In this document: positions 44,683-54,962 of the stretch, in pieces
Layout: each line of letters opens with the position of its first letter
Numbering within the stretch: the stretch's first letter is position 1
Source of the DNA: a virus
DNA: 64,000 bases
Reading direction: 5' to 3' (one strand)
IMG/VR virus record: IMGVR_UViG_3300025483_000873
The notes under the pieces: model-generated
Seen by the model: the letters and a program-made list of their open reading frames with translations, nothing else
What the model was told of the DNA's origin: nothing
Databases searched by the model: none
Position numbers and translations under genes: made by a program

Positions 44683-46058
44683 TGCCTTATCGCTATAGTC
44701 ATTACAATCGTTACGGAAATATATATATTTGTGATAGGGGACAACTATGGTGGCCTGGTGGCGGTGGTGATTTTAATGACCCCGTTCGCAATCAAGTTAC
44801 ATCTGCATATTATAGTTTGTTTGGTAGATATGGAGAACAGAGTGGTGTAGAAAGATACGTAGGTACGTGGGTATATCACCCTACTAGAGGTGGTTTTAGT
44901 AGTATCTACCAAATGGTCCGAGCTGGTGGTGACAGGAATCAGGGTGGAAGTGGTGAACTACAGAATGTTCAATCTCAAGGAAGGCATACAAATTTAGGAC
45001 TCGGGGCTAACTGTCCTTTTCCTGGGTGTACAGATAGTCAGGCTAGCAACTATAATCCTAGTGCAACATTTAATGATGGTTCATGTACTTACTATCCACC
45101 AACAGTATCTTTAAGCATTAGTCCATCATCTATTATTCGAGGACAAAATGCCACAGTTAGTTGGAGCACATCTAGAAGTACATCTAGATATATTAATATA
45201 TTTGGATCAGTAGGTACATCAGGATCTAGAACAGTTTCTCCCAATAGTACAACAACGTATATACTAACTGCAAGTGGGCTAGGCGGTACTCGTGCAGTCG
45301 CAAAAACATTAACAGTTTATATTCCTCCTATTGTTACGTTAAGTCTTAACAACAGCACTATCGTTTTAGGACAATCTGCAATATTAAGTTGGAATACTAC
45401 TGGCGATGCTTCAACGGTAAACGTACAACCTGGCATCGGTCCCAGTAATATAGTATCCCAGGTAACAGTTTCTCCAACTGTAACTACAACATATACTGCT
45501 ACTGCTTCTGGTGTTGGTGGAGTTGATAGTGATCAGATTACACTGACTGTATTTCCTCCACCAGAAGTAAATTTAAATGGTCCAATAAGAGTTACTTATG
45601 GAGAGAATGTTGTGTTAACACATGAGCAAGAAAGAGCTACGATTGCATATGAGTTGCAGATTGCAATGACAGATTTGGATGGTAATATTACTAATGACCT
45701 CGTTGATTTGGGAGCATCTGCGTCTGCCGATGGCACATATATTCATAATGTTCCATATAACAATAGAGGACCATCGTCTATTGCATATATTTTATATGCA
45801 ATTGGACCTGGTAATTTAACCGATTCTGAATCGATTACAGTCAATGTTGATATTGATCAAATGCCATTTAACATTGAAATACCAGAATCTGATGACAAGA
45901 TTAAAAACGAAACCCCTATTATCTCTCCAGATGTTGAAGTTACTACGGAAAAAATTGTGATTGATGATGTTGATATACCTGTTGAAGTTAAAGCAGATTA
46001 TCCTATTCAAGTTGATCTTAATCAATCTGATAATTGGACGAATATAAGAGAGATCTAA
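44682..46058 (+). CDS. array paralog 4 (helical N-terminus + GCTD repeat)
   Basis: AYYSLFGRYGEQSGVERYV; GCTDSQASNYNP; shared C-terminus. Confidence 0.75.
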   Translation: MPYRYSHYNRYGNIYICDRGQLWWPGGGGDFNDPVRNQVTSAYYSLFGRYGEQSGVERYVGTWVYHPTRGGFSSIYQMVRAGGDRNQGGSGELQNVQSQGRHTNLGLGANCPFPGCTDSQASNYNPSATFNDGSCTYYPPTVSLSISPSSIIRGQNATVSWSTSRSTSRYINIFGSVGTSGSRTVSPNSTTTYILTASGLGGTRAVAKTLTVYIPPIVTLSLNNSTIVLGQSAILSWNTTGDASTVNVQPGIGPSNIVSQVTVSPTVTTTYTATASGVGGVDSDQITLTVFPPPEVNLNGPIRVTYGENVVLTHEQERATIAYELQIAMTDLDGNITNDLVDLGASASADGTYIHNVPYNNRGPSSIAYILYAIGPGNLTDSESITVNVDIDQMPFNIEIPESDDKIKNETPIISPDVEVTTEKIVIDDVDIPVEVKADYPIQVDLNQSDNWTNIREI

Positions 46059-46059
46059 A

Positions 46060-47757
46060 ATGGCAGACTTTCAGCAAACATTTAACAGCAACGGATCAGT
46101 ACAAATTCCAAGTTATGCGATTAATGTTCGTGTTGATATTGCTGGATCTCGCGGTGGCGGGGGTGGCAACGATGCTGGTGCCAATGCTGGACAAGGTGGT
46201 GGTGGAAGAAGAGCAACTATTTCTTTTCCTAATTATACTGCTAGAACATTAAATTTTTATATCGGAAGACAAGGAGGCACCGGAAGAACCGGATCCAATG
46301 CCGGTGGTGGTAGTGCAGGTAGTTCAAACGCTGCTCGCGGTGGTATAGGTGGAAATTCTGCTAATAATGGATATTCTGGTGCTGGTGGTGGCGGTGGTGG
46401 TGCCAGTGGTATTTACGATTCTTTAAAAAATGGATGGGTTGTTATTGTAGGCGGCGGTGGTGGCGGTGGAGGCGCTTCGTTGAATCGCAGTGGTGGTACT
46501 GGCGGTGCTGGTAGAGGACTGTCTGGCAATCCAAACAATCGCAGTGTTGGTAGCAATGGTCAAAAAAATACTAGTCAACCATCAGGTCGTCCTGATGGCG
46601 GCGGTGGTGGTGGCGGCGGTGGTGGATGCGGCGGTGGTAGTGGTGGTTCATTTGGCATTGATAACAATCGCGGCGGCGGTGGTGGTCAGGGTGGTCGATC
46701 TGGTTATGATAGTAGTTATTGTAGTCTTAATAACAATACAATAAATTATGGTAATGGATTCGCAATTGTTTATTATGACATCTCAAATCCTACAATTGAC
46801 AGTTTTTCGTTAAGTCCGACAGCATTTATACGTGGGCAATGTACTACATTGTCTTGGTCATCTACAAATGCGACGAGTGCTAGCATTAATCAAGGTATTG
46901 GAGCAGTTAGTGTAGATGGAAGCACTGTAAGTTGTCCTACTAATACTACTACTTACACTTTAATTGTTTCTAGGAGTGGTCGTTCAACAACTAGAACTGT
47001 AACTGCTACAGTTTATATTCCTCCTATTGTTACGTTAAGTCTTAACAACAGCACTATCGTTTTAGGACAATCTGCAATATTAAGTTGGAATACTACTGGT
47101 GACGCCTCAACTAATAATATACAACCCGGAATTGGTTCTAGTAATTTAGTATCCCAGGTAACAGTTTCTCCAACTGTAACTACTACGTATACTGCAACTG
47201 TGTCTGGTTTAGGTGGAACTGATACTGATCAGATTACATTAACCGTATTGCAACCACCAGAAGTTGATTTAATAGTTCCTTTAAATGTTAGTTATGGAAA
47301 TAGTTTAGAGTTGGGGTATACATCAATTAATGCTACGACATCACTAAAGATAGTGCCATATTACTACTCGTTAGATGGTGTAGAAACTATAGGTGCGGAT
47401 GTGGTATTACCAACAGGTGATAATGTTAGCGGTACTATTACACACACTCCTGTATGGGATAATCGTGGACCTGCAAGAATCGAGTACAAGTTACTTGCAG
47501 AGGGAGCTGGTTCATTAACAGATGAAGATGTTAAAATAGTTCCTGCTATAATAGATCAACTTCCAGATTCTATTACAGTACCAGAATCGGATGATACTTT
47601 TAAGAATGAAGAACCTATTGTAACTCCTAACATAGAATTAACAACAGAAGAACTATTAGTCACTGATATTGATATCCCTGTAGAAATCAAATCTGATTAT
47701 CCTATTCAGGTAGAGATTGACAATAATGGTGTGTGGATTGACGTAGAGAACATATAA
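46060..47757 (+). CDS. array paralog 5 (Gly-rich N-terminus)
   Basis: 92-nt exact identity with paralog 4; shared C-terminus. Confidence 0.75.
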   Translation: MADFQQTFNSNGSVQIPSYAINVRVDIAGSRGGGGGNDAGANAGQGGGGRRATISFPNYTARTLNFYIGRQGGTGRTGSNAGGGSAGSSNAARGGIGGNSANNGYSGAGGGGGGASGIYDSLKNGWVVIVGGGGGGGGASLNRSGGTGGAGRGLSGNPNNRSVGSNGQKNTSQPSGRPDGGGGGGGGGGCGGGSGGSFGIDNNRGGGGGQGGRSGYDSSYCSLNNNTINYGNGFAIVYYDISNPTIDSFSLSPTAFIRGQCTTLSWSSTNATSASINQGIGAVSVDGSTVSCPTNTTTYTLIVSRSGRSTTRTVTATVYIPPIVTLSLNNSTIVLGQSAILSWNTTGDASTNNIQPGIGSSNLVSQVTVSPTVTTTYTATVSGLGGTDTDQITLTVLQPPEVDLIVPLNVSYGNSLELGYTSINATTSLKIVPYYYSLDGVETIGADVVLPTGDNVSGTITHTPVWDNRGPARIEYKLLAEGAGSLTDEDVKIVPAIIDQLPDSITVPESDDTFKNEEPIVTPNIELTTEELLVTDIDIPVEIKSDYPIQVEIDNNGVWIDVENI

Positions 47758-47767
47758 ACCATTGCCC

Positions 47768-47774
47768 CTAAATA
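47768..47774 (+). promoter_or_regulatory. late promoter
   Basis: CTAAATA. Confidence 0.65.
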
Positions 47775-47817
47775 AGATTAGGATAATCCATTACGTGGAA
47801 AGCAGTAACTTTAGTCC

Positions 47818-50800
47818 ATGACATATTCTTTTTCTAATACACCAGTATATGTAAGCGAAGGACAAACAGTTCGCTTTAAATTTAAAGCACCCTCACAGTG
47901 GAACACTACTCAAAGTGTAACTATTCAGATTGGTGAGCAAACAACGGTCTGGTATATCACTACGATACCAGAAGATTTTGCTCCTGATCCATATCCATTT
48001 CAGACTCTTGATGATGCAGATGCAGGTATCATGTATGTCTATGGAGATGGAAGTAGACCCGGAGAAAGCATTCTCACTATTGTTGGTTTAACTACGTCTA
48101 CAGAAGCAAGCGTTACTGTTACTGGATCTGCTCCTGCATTATCCGAAAACTTCTCTATCAGATATAAGAAAGTATCAGATGGAGAAACAGAATTTAGTGA
48201 TTGGCAGCTGCCTAATCCAGGAGCACTTACTGTAAAGAATACAGATCAAATCCAAACTAGGTTAAAATCTAATTCTATTCCTGGATTATCGTCATATGTT
48301 GATCTTACTATTGGAGCAAGGTCAGAACGTTGGACTATTAATGCGAAAGTAACACCTCCTAATGTTCCTGTACCATTTCCAGACTTCGATGATCTTACTA
48401 ATCAACCATTAAATACGGCTGTTTATAGTAATATTATACAAGTTCAGGGATTAAATGATACTGCAATAATTGCATCAACAAACTCTAATTTATACGTAGG
48501 AGTATCTGATACTAATACATTTTTCACTGATACAAATGGTTATGAGATTTTAAGTAATACTGTTTTTGAATTAGTATCCGACGTTCCTGCACCAACAATT
48601 AATAACGGTCAATATTTGCAGTTGTATATTGTAACTGAAAATACTGCAGGTGCTGTGTCGTCAAATCCACTATCTATTGGTGATGGGGCAAGTGGATCTA
48701 TCTGGAGTGTAAGCAATGGAAATTTCCCATCAACTACACCAAAAGATTTCAGTTTTGTTAATCAAACTGATGTATTAGAAGATGCACTAATTGCCTCTGC
48801 TCCAGCACCAGATCCTAATGATACTCCAGGATCCATTAGCGAATTAGGTACAAATGTAGAAGTTGATGTTGTGTTGGTAAGCAGTACTTCTTCTAATGAT
48901 TCTGGTGGAGATGAACCAAGAATTAAGATTCAGTATGCAGAGGGAGGTGAGAGTTCTATCGGATTGTTCCCAACAAAAGTAAACAATGGGGATAGGATTG
49001 TACTATACAATAGGTCTTCGGGAACATTTTCAACTTCTTTAACGCCATCAGTAGTAACAACTACTATTAAAGTCGGTCAGAGAGTTCTTGATCCTTGGAG
49101 TATTACTACTAATTCTGGACCAGATACTGATGCTGTATTTTCAATACCTACCAATCTTGTTAATCAAGTTCCTAATACAGAAGTATTAAGTAGTATTGTC
49201 AGTGTTTCGGGTATCAATAGACCAATAACCATCAATGCAACAAATGGTGGTCTTATTTCTATTGACTTTGCTACTCCAGTTGCTGGCCCGGTTACATTTG
49301 ATCCTACTATTCATACTTCGTTCCGTGTCTTTATTACTACCGGTAGTGGATTATCCGATTCAAAGCAAACAACAGTTAGTATTGGTACTGGATCACCAAA
49401 TCAATTTATTTGGCAAGTAAGTAACTATGCTGTTGCTCCACCACCACCAGATCTCAAAGGTGCGTGGTATAGTAAGAAAGGTGCTTATGTTGATAGCAAC
49501 GGTGATATTAAAGAAAGTAAGGAAGATGGTCATGCTATTGGTACTATTATAACTATTCTCAAGCAACCTAATGGTACTTATGGTCTATTAGATGGTAGTA
49601 GATCATCACGATATCCAGGATATTATGAGTGTGCGGGACAAACATTAGATAAAGATGATTATCCATTCTTATTTGATGTCATTGGTTATGATTATGGTGG
49701 TGCTGGTAGTAGTTTTAAGTTACCAGATTACAGAAATAGAAAACTTTCGGGAACTGGTGTAGTTGATGGAAATAGAGCATCATCAGCATTTCTTCCTATT
49801 GATGGCGGTAGTAGTATATACGAACCAGGCGGAACTGGTGGTTGGTGGTATGTTGATGATGTTGATGTTGCTGGAGATAATCCATATGAAATCATTGTAT
49901 CTGATGATACTAATGATACAACAGGAATTGAGAGTAACTTCTTCTCTATTGGTACAGTAAAAACAGTATTTGCACAAGATCTTACTCAAGATGTTGACTT
50001 TACTGTTGCTGCTAGCAGTAGTGTAACTGCTCTAGTTGGACCACTTTTAGATACTTCGGTTAATGTTCCTATTCATAGTCATTTATATGTCGCTGCAATT
50101 TCTGATGGAATAACTGGAGATCCTCTAATCCAATGGGACACTAGAGGATCATCTAAATTAGACAGTCACACCGTTTCTGGTGGAGGTATTGGTCAGGGGC
50201 AGCTGTCCATCGAAGATGATGCTCCGGACGCATATAACCCCACAACAATTGCAAATGCTTGGATCTCTAGATTGAACAGTATTGGCGAAAGTCAACAGTT
50301 TGAAGCTGAATGGAATCAAATCGCCAATCAACCTGATTTAATAACTTTAGTTACGGAGATGATTCAATCACTTAACCCAAATAATATCGATGCTAGTGAC
50401 AGAGCTGCTTTAGTAATTTCGGCAAATACCTGGTGGCCATCACCATATTCTGTTGTTTCTGATGATTACATGGAGATCGCTACAGGTCTATTAAACAGAT
50501 TCTATGACACCGATGGGGAGGCTGGAACTGGTAGTCGTGACGTTGCATGTGTTTTTGATACTAATCAGTATTTTACAAGAATAGACCCTTATTCTCCACC
50601 TATTCTTGATGGTGACGACGGAAGTATACAAACTCATGCTCATTTAATTACGACTCAACCAGTTCTTGATCCAAGCGAAGATTATACATACGGAAATACG
50701 TCAGGTGCTGGCAATGGTAAAGAAGGTTTAGGATCAGCGCAGACTACACTTAACATCACATTTAATCAGAGTGATGTTGGCATGGAATTAAATCCTGGAT

Positions 50801-50919
50801 TATTTACTCTAAATACATCAGTTAAGAAACCTATTCCTGACGTAGTATTTTCTCCTAACAGGACAGTGCCACTAGCACCAGAGTTTCATAAAGCAAAGTA
50901 TATTATTAAAGCATTCTAG
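47818..50919 (+). CDS. tail fibre protein with internal tail-collar domain
   Basis: IGTIITI...GYYECAGQ...YP.LF.VIG.DYGG...FKLPD; HSH, HAH; ends AKYIIKAF. Confidence 0.8.
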   Translation: MTYSFSNTPVYVSEGQTVRFKFKAPSQWNTTQSVTIQIGEQTTVWYITTIPEDFAPDPYPFQTLDDADAGIMYVYGDGSRPGESILTIVGLTTSTEASVTVTGSAPALSENFSIRYKKVSDGETEFSDWQLPNPGALTVKNTDQIQTRLKSNSIPGLSSYVDLTIGARSERWTINAKVTPPNVPVPFPDFDDLTNQPLNTAVYSNIIQVQGLNDTAIIASTNSNLYVGVSDTNTFFTDTNGYEILSNTVFELVSDVPAPTINNGQYLQLYIVTENTAGAVSSNPLSIGDGASGSIWSVSNGNFPSTTPKDFSFVNQTDVLEDALIASAPAPDPNDTPGSISELGTNVEVDVVLVSSTSSNDSGGDEPRIKIQYAEGGESSIGLFPTKVNNGDRIVLYNRSSGTFSTSLTPSVVTTTIKVGQRVLDPWSITTNSGPDTDAVFSIPTNLVNQVPNTEVLSSIVSVSGINRPITINATNGGLISIDFATPVAGPVTFDPTIHTSFRVFITTGSGLSDSKQTTVSIGTGSPNQFIWQVSNYAVAPPPPDLKGAWYSKKGAYVDSNGDIKESKEDGHAIGTIITILKQPNGTYGLLDGSRSSRYPGYYECAGQTLDKDDYPFLFDVIGYDYGGAGSSFKLPDYRNRKLSGTGVVDGNRASSAFLPIDGGSSIYEPGGTGGWWYVDDVDVAGDNPYEIIVSDDTNDTTGIESNFFSIGTVKTVFAQDLTQDVDFTVAASSSVTALVGPLLDTSVNVPIHSHLYVAAISDGITGDPLIQWDTRGSSKLDSHTVSGGGIGQGQLSIEDDAPDAYNPTTIANAWISRLNSIGESQQFEAEWNQIANQPDLITLVTEMIQSLNPNNIDASDRAALVISANTWWPSPYSVVSDDYMEIATGLLNRFYDTDGEAGTGSRDVACVFDTNQYFTRIDPYSPPILDGDDGSIQTHAHLITTQPVLDPSEDYTYGNTSGAGNGKEGLGSAQTTLNITFNQSDVGMELNPGLFTLNTSVKKPIPDVVFSPNRTVPLAPEFHKAKYIIKAF

Positions 50920-50923
50920 ATTT

Positions 50924-51586
50924 ATGTCAACTAATGAACTTGCGCCTTATAGGCCACTTGAATTGATGTTAGATTCTAATCTGACATCATCAGATTTTGA
51001 AGATTTTATTGGAGTATGGAAAGGATTTGTTCCCAAAGCATTCTGTGATCAACTTATTAAGTATGGTAATGATGTTTTAGATGATACAGTAGCTCATAGT
51101 ATTGGTACAGGAGCTCTTGATATTATGGATGGATCGAGCGGATATAATGGAAAACAAAATCGTCATGATAGGGCATTTATGCTAAACTATCATAGTAGCA
51201 AGTGGGGCACTCAAGTAAATCAGTTTTTAAAATCGTGTGCTCTTCATTATGTTGAAGAGTATTCTCAACTAAAGAAAGTTGGGTTAGTATCAAATGATAT
51301 CAAATTTCAACGTACACCTCCTGGCGGTGGATATCACTTGTGGCATTATGAAAATGCATCATCATCGTATTCTCATAGAGAACTTACATGGATGATTTAT
51401 CTAAATGACATAGAAGATGGGGGAGAAACGGAGTTTCAATATCAACTGCGTAGGATTAAACCTACCACTGGGACAGTAGTTATATTCCCTGCGGGAATGA
51501 CACATGTGCATAAAGGCAATTTAGTTATGGGTGAGCAGAATAAATACATAGTAACAGGTTGGTATATCAAATCGGGGTCAACTTAA
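50924..51586 (+). CDS. 2OG-Fe(II) oxygenase (prolyl-hydroxylase-like)
   Basis: GGGYHLWHYE...WMIYLND..DGGETEF...FPAG.TH.HKG...KYI. Confidence 0.9.
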   Translation: MSTNELAPYRPLELMLDSNLTSSDFEDFIGVWKGFVPKAFCDQLIKYGNDVLDDTVAHSIGTGALDIMDGSSGYNGKQNRHDRAFMLNYHSSKWGTQVNQFLKSCALHYVEEYSQLKKVGLVSNDIKFQRTPPGGGYHLWHYENASSSYSHRELTWMIYLNDIEDGGETEFQYQLRRIKPTTGTVVIFPAGMTHVHKGNLVMGEQNKYIVTGWYIKSGST

Positions 51587-52530
51587 TGGCGGAATACGTA
51601 GATAAGACATGTAAACTAGAGGTAGATTTTCTCAACTGTATGGTTTTGGATATGTCTAATGTTATCACTTTAGATGACGGAACCAAGATCCCTAATTCTG
51701 CCAAAAAATACGATAAAGAGATGTTAACTAGATTTTTAGAATCTCTAGATGTATTTTGGCATGATGAAAAAGATCAACTTGAATATCTTTCATTTTTTAA
51801 TGACAATACTTTATTTTGCCAAAGAAAAAAATACAAATATGATTTTGCAAATGCACAACAAGTGTATTCAACTTATACATTCACTGGATTTACTGAAGAG
51901 CAAGTCTCTGATTTATATGATAAAGTTCTATCTTTCCTTGATGCACACAATGTTGTAAAGGAACTTAAAGTTAATAAGTATGTAACCAAAGTTGATGAAA
52001 ATATCCTCTTTTTTGAGAAAACATATCTAAAAAGAATTTCAGAAAAGAATGCTATTCTAGCAGCAACTGATTGGCGTATTCTTCCTGATGTTGTTGATTC
52101 TTATCCTGGTGAAAAAGATAGATGGATTTCATATCGTCAAAAAGTTAGATCTTTAGTAATTCCATCTCTTGATGAACATCCATCTCCTTTAGATTTCTTC
52201 AAAGCCATCAAAACGTTAAGATGGCCTATTGATCCCAAAAACTTTAAAGATTTATATCCTGATGGTGTAGATGTTGATGGCAACGTGGTAGAATACTTGG
52301 CAACGGATAATCAATGGGTAGAAAGAGATACTGATTCATCAAGAGATTTGATTGAGTCTAGACTATCAAATATCATTGCAATGCGACAGGATTACGCTAA
52401 ATCAGAAAGGACAACAACTACTGCTGTTAAAGAAATGATGAAACTACTACGCATTGAAGATTTTATCGAAGGCGGCATTGATTACAATAAGATTTACACC
52501 ACAGAGGAATTAAATGATATGGCAGAGTGA
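51586..52530 (+). CDS. tail-fibre assembly chaperone-like protein
   Basis: KNAILAATDWRILPD...W.SYRQKVRSL...WP resembles phage tail assembly chaperones. Confidence 0.65.
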   Translation: MAEYVDKTCKLEVDFLNCMVLDMSNVITLDDGTKIPNSAKKYDKEMLTRFLESLDVFWHDEKDQLEYLSFFNDNTLFCQRKKYKYDFANAQQVYSTYTFTGFTEEQVSDLYDKVLSFLDAHNVVKELKVNKYVTKVDENILFFEKTYLKRISEKNAILAATDWRILPDVVDSYPGEKDRWISYRQKVRSLVIPSLDEHPSPLDFFKAIKTLRWPIDPKNFKDLYPDGVDVDGNVVEYLATDNQWVERDTDSSRDLIESRLSNIIAMRQDYAKSERTTTTAVKEMMKLLRIEDFIEGGIDYNKIYTTEELNDMAE

Positions 52531-53149
52531 TCTACTATCTCCAGATATTGTAGAATATATTACATCATACTATAAAGATAATAACTTCCAGAGTGGTAAT
52601 ATCAGTAATCCTGATGCATCTGTAAAACAGAGTTTGATGATGAAGTGGACTGATCCTTATAATAGATTAGTTAATGGTGTATGGTCCGAAATAAAGAAAA
52701 AGGATAACTTCACCAAGATATACTTAATCAAGCAAATGTCCCAGTTATACTTTCTATGGTATAAGCAGGGACATTTTTATAACTGGCATATGGATGAATA
52801 TCCTTGTGGTGGTGTAAATGCTGATATGAGTATGACTATCTTCTTAAATGATGACTATGAAGGTGGTGAACTAGTAATCAAAGTGGGTAATATAGAGACA
52901 ACTCATAAACCAAAGGCAGGAACTGTTATTTTGTATAATGCAGGGTTAATGCATAAGATAAACCCGGTAACCAAAGGAGATAGGAAAGTAATTGTTGGTT
53001 GGATAGAATCTGATGTGCAAGATAGTTTTATGCGTTCTCATCTTATAGAATATTCTGAAGTTATGGATTCTATGGATGCTGATAATCCACACCTGGTGCA
53101 GTTAGAACAGTTGAGATTGAATTTGATTAGACAATATGAAAACCGTTAA
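52514..53149 (+). CDS. PKHD/PiuC-type 2OG-Fe(II) hydroxylase
   Basis: YNWHMD...SMTIFLNDDYEGGEL...H..NPVTKG.RKVIVGWIES.V. Confidence 0.88.
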   Translation: MIWQSDLLSPDIVEYITSYYKDNNFQSGNISNPDASVKQSLMMKWTDPYNRLVNGVWSEIKKKDNFTKIYLIKQMSQLYFLWYKQGHFYNWHMDEYPCGGVNADMSMTIFLNDDYEGGELVIKVGNIETTHKPKAGTVILYNAGLMHKINPVTKGDRKVIVGWIESDVQDSFMRSHLIEYSEVMDSMDADNPHLVQLEQLRLNLIRQYENR

Positions 53150-53681
53150 TGAACTATTGAGTGATAATCTGGTAGTATATGATCATATGTTTGATCAAGA
53201 TACTTTTATTAAGATCATCAATATACTGCAAGAACCTAAATGGGAGTTCGGGCATACATCATATCATCCCAGTGACCCTAACCATAAACGGTGTTACAAG
53301 TTTTGGAAGAGGGATTTGAGTGATAATCTGTTCTTCACTGATTATCTTCTAAATAAGATACAGGAAAAGACGCAACAGTCTTTTACTCTCGAATATGTTT
53401 ATGCCAACGGACATACTTATGGTTTAGATGGCATCTTTCATCAAGATTGTTATGATGAATATGGAAGAACATTTTTGTTATGTGCAAACTCTCAATGGGC
53501 AAATGAATGGGGAGGGGGAACACAGTTTTATACTGATACTACCGAACTTCGCACCGTAATGTTTCAACCTAACAGAGGAATGTTATTTCCTGGTGTTGTA
53601 TATCATTCCGCAGCACCAACAACACGTTTATTCAATGATCTTCGTATTACTGTCGCCTGGAAACTAACAAAGAATGAATAA
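53136..53681 (+). CDS. 2OG-Fe(II) oxygenase
   Basis: YANGHTYG.DG.FHQD...W..EWGGGT.F...PNR..LFPG..YH...RITVAWKL. Confidence 0.88.
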   Translation: MKTVNELLSDNLVVYDHMFDQDTFIKIINILQEPKWEFGHTSYHPSDPNHKRCYKFWKRDLSDNLFFTDYLLNKIQEKTQQSFTLEYVYANGHTYGLDGIFHQDCYDEYGRTFLLCANSQWANEWGGGTQFYTDTTELRTVMFQPNRGMLFPGVVYHSAAPTTRLFNDLRITVAWKLTKNE

Positions 53682-54021
53682 CACAGAATATCAAATTTAT
53701 GACTTGCAGACATTTATTGGTAGATACGCTGCATTAGCAGGTAAACCTCTAATTTTCTTTCGAGTATATGGATGGAACAATAGCACTGATGTAGATGCTA
53801 TTAACTCGTCTATTGAATTATATACAGGTATGCTTCCTTTAGATTTTACTACTCTTTTCAGAGATAGTGAATATCTAGTTGTGGAAATGGAATCTATTTT
53901 AGAAGCAGAGAAGTTTCTTTTAGATAATTTCCCATTAACACAGGAAGGAACTCCTAAAGAACAGTATATTTTCTATGCTTTATATAATGATCAGGGTCAA
54001 GTTATTATGGATAACGAATGA
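53674..54021 (+). CDS. hypothetical protein
   Basis: Coupled ORF, 115 aa. Confidence 0.7.
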   Translation: MNNTEYQIYDLQTFIGRYAALAGKPLIFFRVYGWNNSTDVDAINSSIELYTGMLPLDFTTLFRDSEYLVVEMESILEAEKFLLDNFPLTQEGTPKEQYIFYALYNDQGQVIMDNE

Positions 54022-54962
54022 TATTCTCCGATAACTATACAGAACACGAAAGATATAGTTTGATCAGCGGCGAACGTTTATCTGACTATTCTATAATGCC
54101 GTGGTTATACACATCGTTGGTTGATAGTCAATACAAACCTGTCATTCCAGTGTCAGTAAAAAATGCTCTCAATAGAGTGTTTGAATATGATTACCTCATT
54201 GCTGATGTGAATTCGATTATGGACGAGATTAAACATCTCGGTGTATATTCAGTTGATGATCAAATACAGTCATATAATAGTATTTTGATGCTTCAGTACG
54301 CTACAGTTAAAAAGTACTTAAGAGATTTCAAGATAAAAACATCAACTTTGGAAATGACTGATATCTATCAGAAGATGAATGATGTTATTCTAGAAAAGCA
54401 TGATGATCACACTTCGATTATTGGTGCTGAACATAGTTTACAGGGAGATATAACTGGGTTATCGTTTCAGAGTAGAAACTATGATGTATCATCATACAAT
54501 AATCCGTTACTTGAGAAAGTTGTTAGACACTCAAAACTGATGCCAAACTATTGTAAGGGCATTTTAACAATCAGACAAAATGATGAAGTATCTTTTTACT
54601 CTTCATTTGTTTATCCAAGATACATAACTGAAATGCCTAATGAGGACTTTCATAAAAATATATTAAAATCTGCTAGTCCGATCTATAAAAAGAAAGTTTC
54701 TAATAGATTGGCAACTAGAAATCATATTGGTGCGTATTTGGCTAATAATATTCTTACGATTGAGCAAGTCGATGTGATAAACTCGTTAGAAGCGGTAACT
54801 GATACTCGCAAAGAGTTGAGATTGCAGGTAGAGCATGTATTCAAAGGATCGGAACTGATCGATGTCATTCTCAATGTGGTAAAGTACAATGAGTTTGAGA
54901 ATACTAGTGGTGAAAAGATGTGGTATATTACATATGATGAAAATGGGAATCCAATTTGGTGA
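54018..54962 (+). CDS. hypothetical protein
   Basis: Coupled ORF, 314 aa. Confidence 0.75.
   Translation: MIFSDNYTEHERYSLISGERLSDYSIMPWLYTSLVDSQYKPVIPVSVKNALNRVFEYDYLIADVNSIMDEIKHLGVYSVDDQIQSYNSILMLQYATVKKYLRDFKIKTSTLEMTDIYQKMNDVILEKHDDHTSIIGAEHSLQGDITGLSFQSRNYDVSSYNNPLLEKVVRHSKLMPNYCKGILTIRQNDEVSFYSSFVYPRYITEMPNEDFHKNILKSASPIYKKKVSNRLATRNHIGAYLANNILTIEQVDVINSLEAVTDTRKELRLQVEHVFKGSELIDVILNVVKYNEFENTSGEKMWYITYDENGNPIW

Noticed and set aside
39849-47757. Possible diversity-generating retroelement or shufflon
   Set aside because: No reverse transcriptase or invertase in the window; all repeats are direct and within coding genes; differences did not look adenine-specific.
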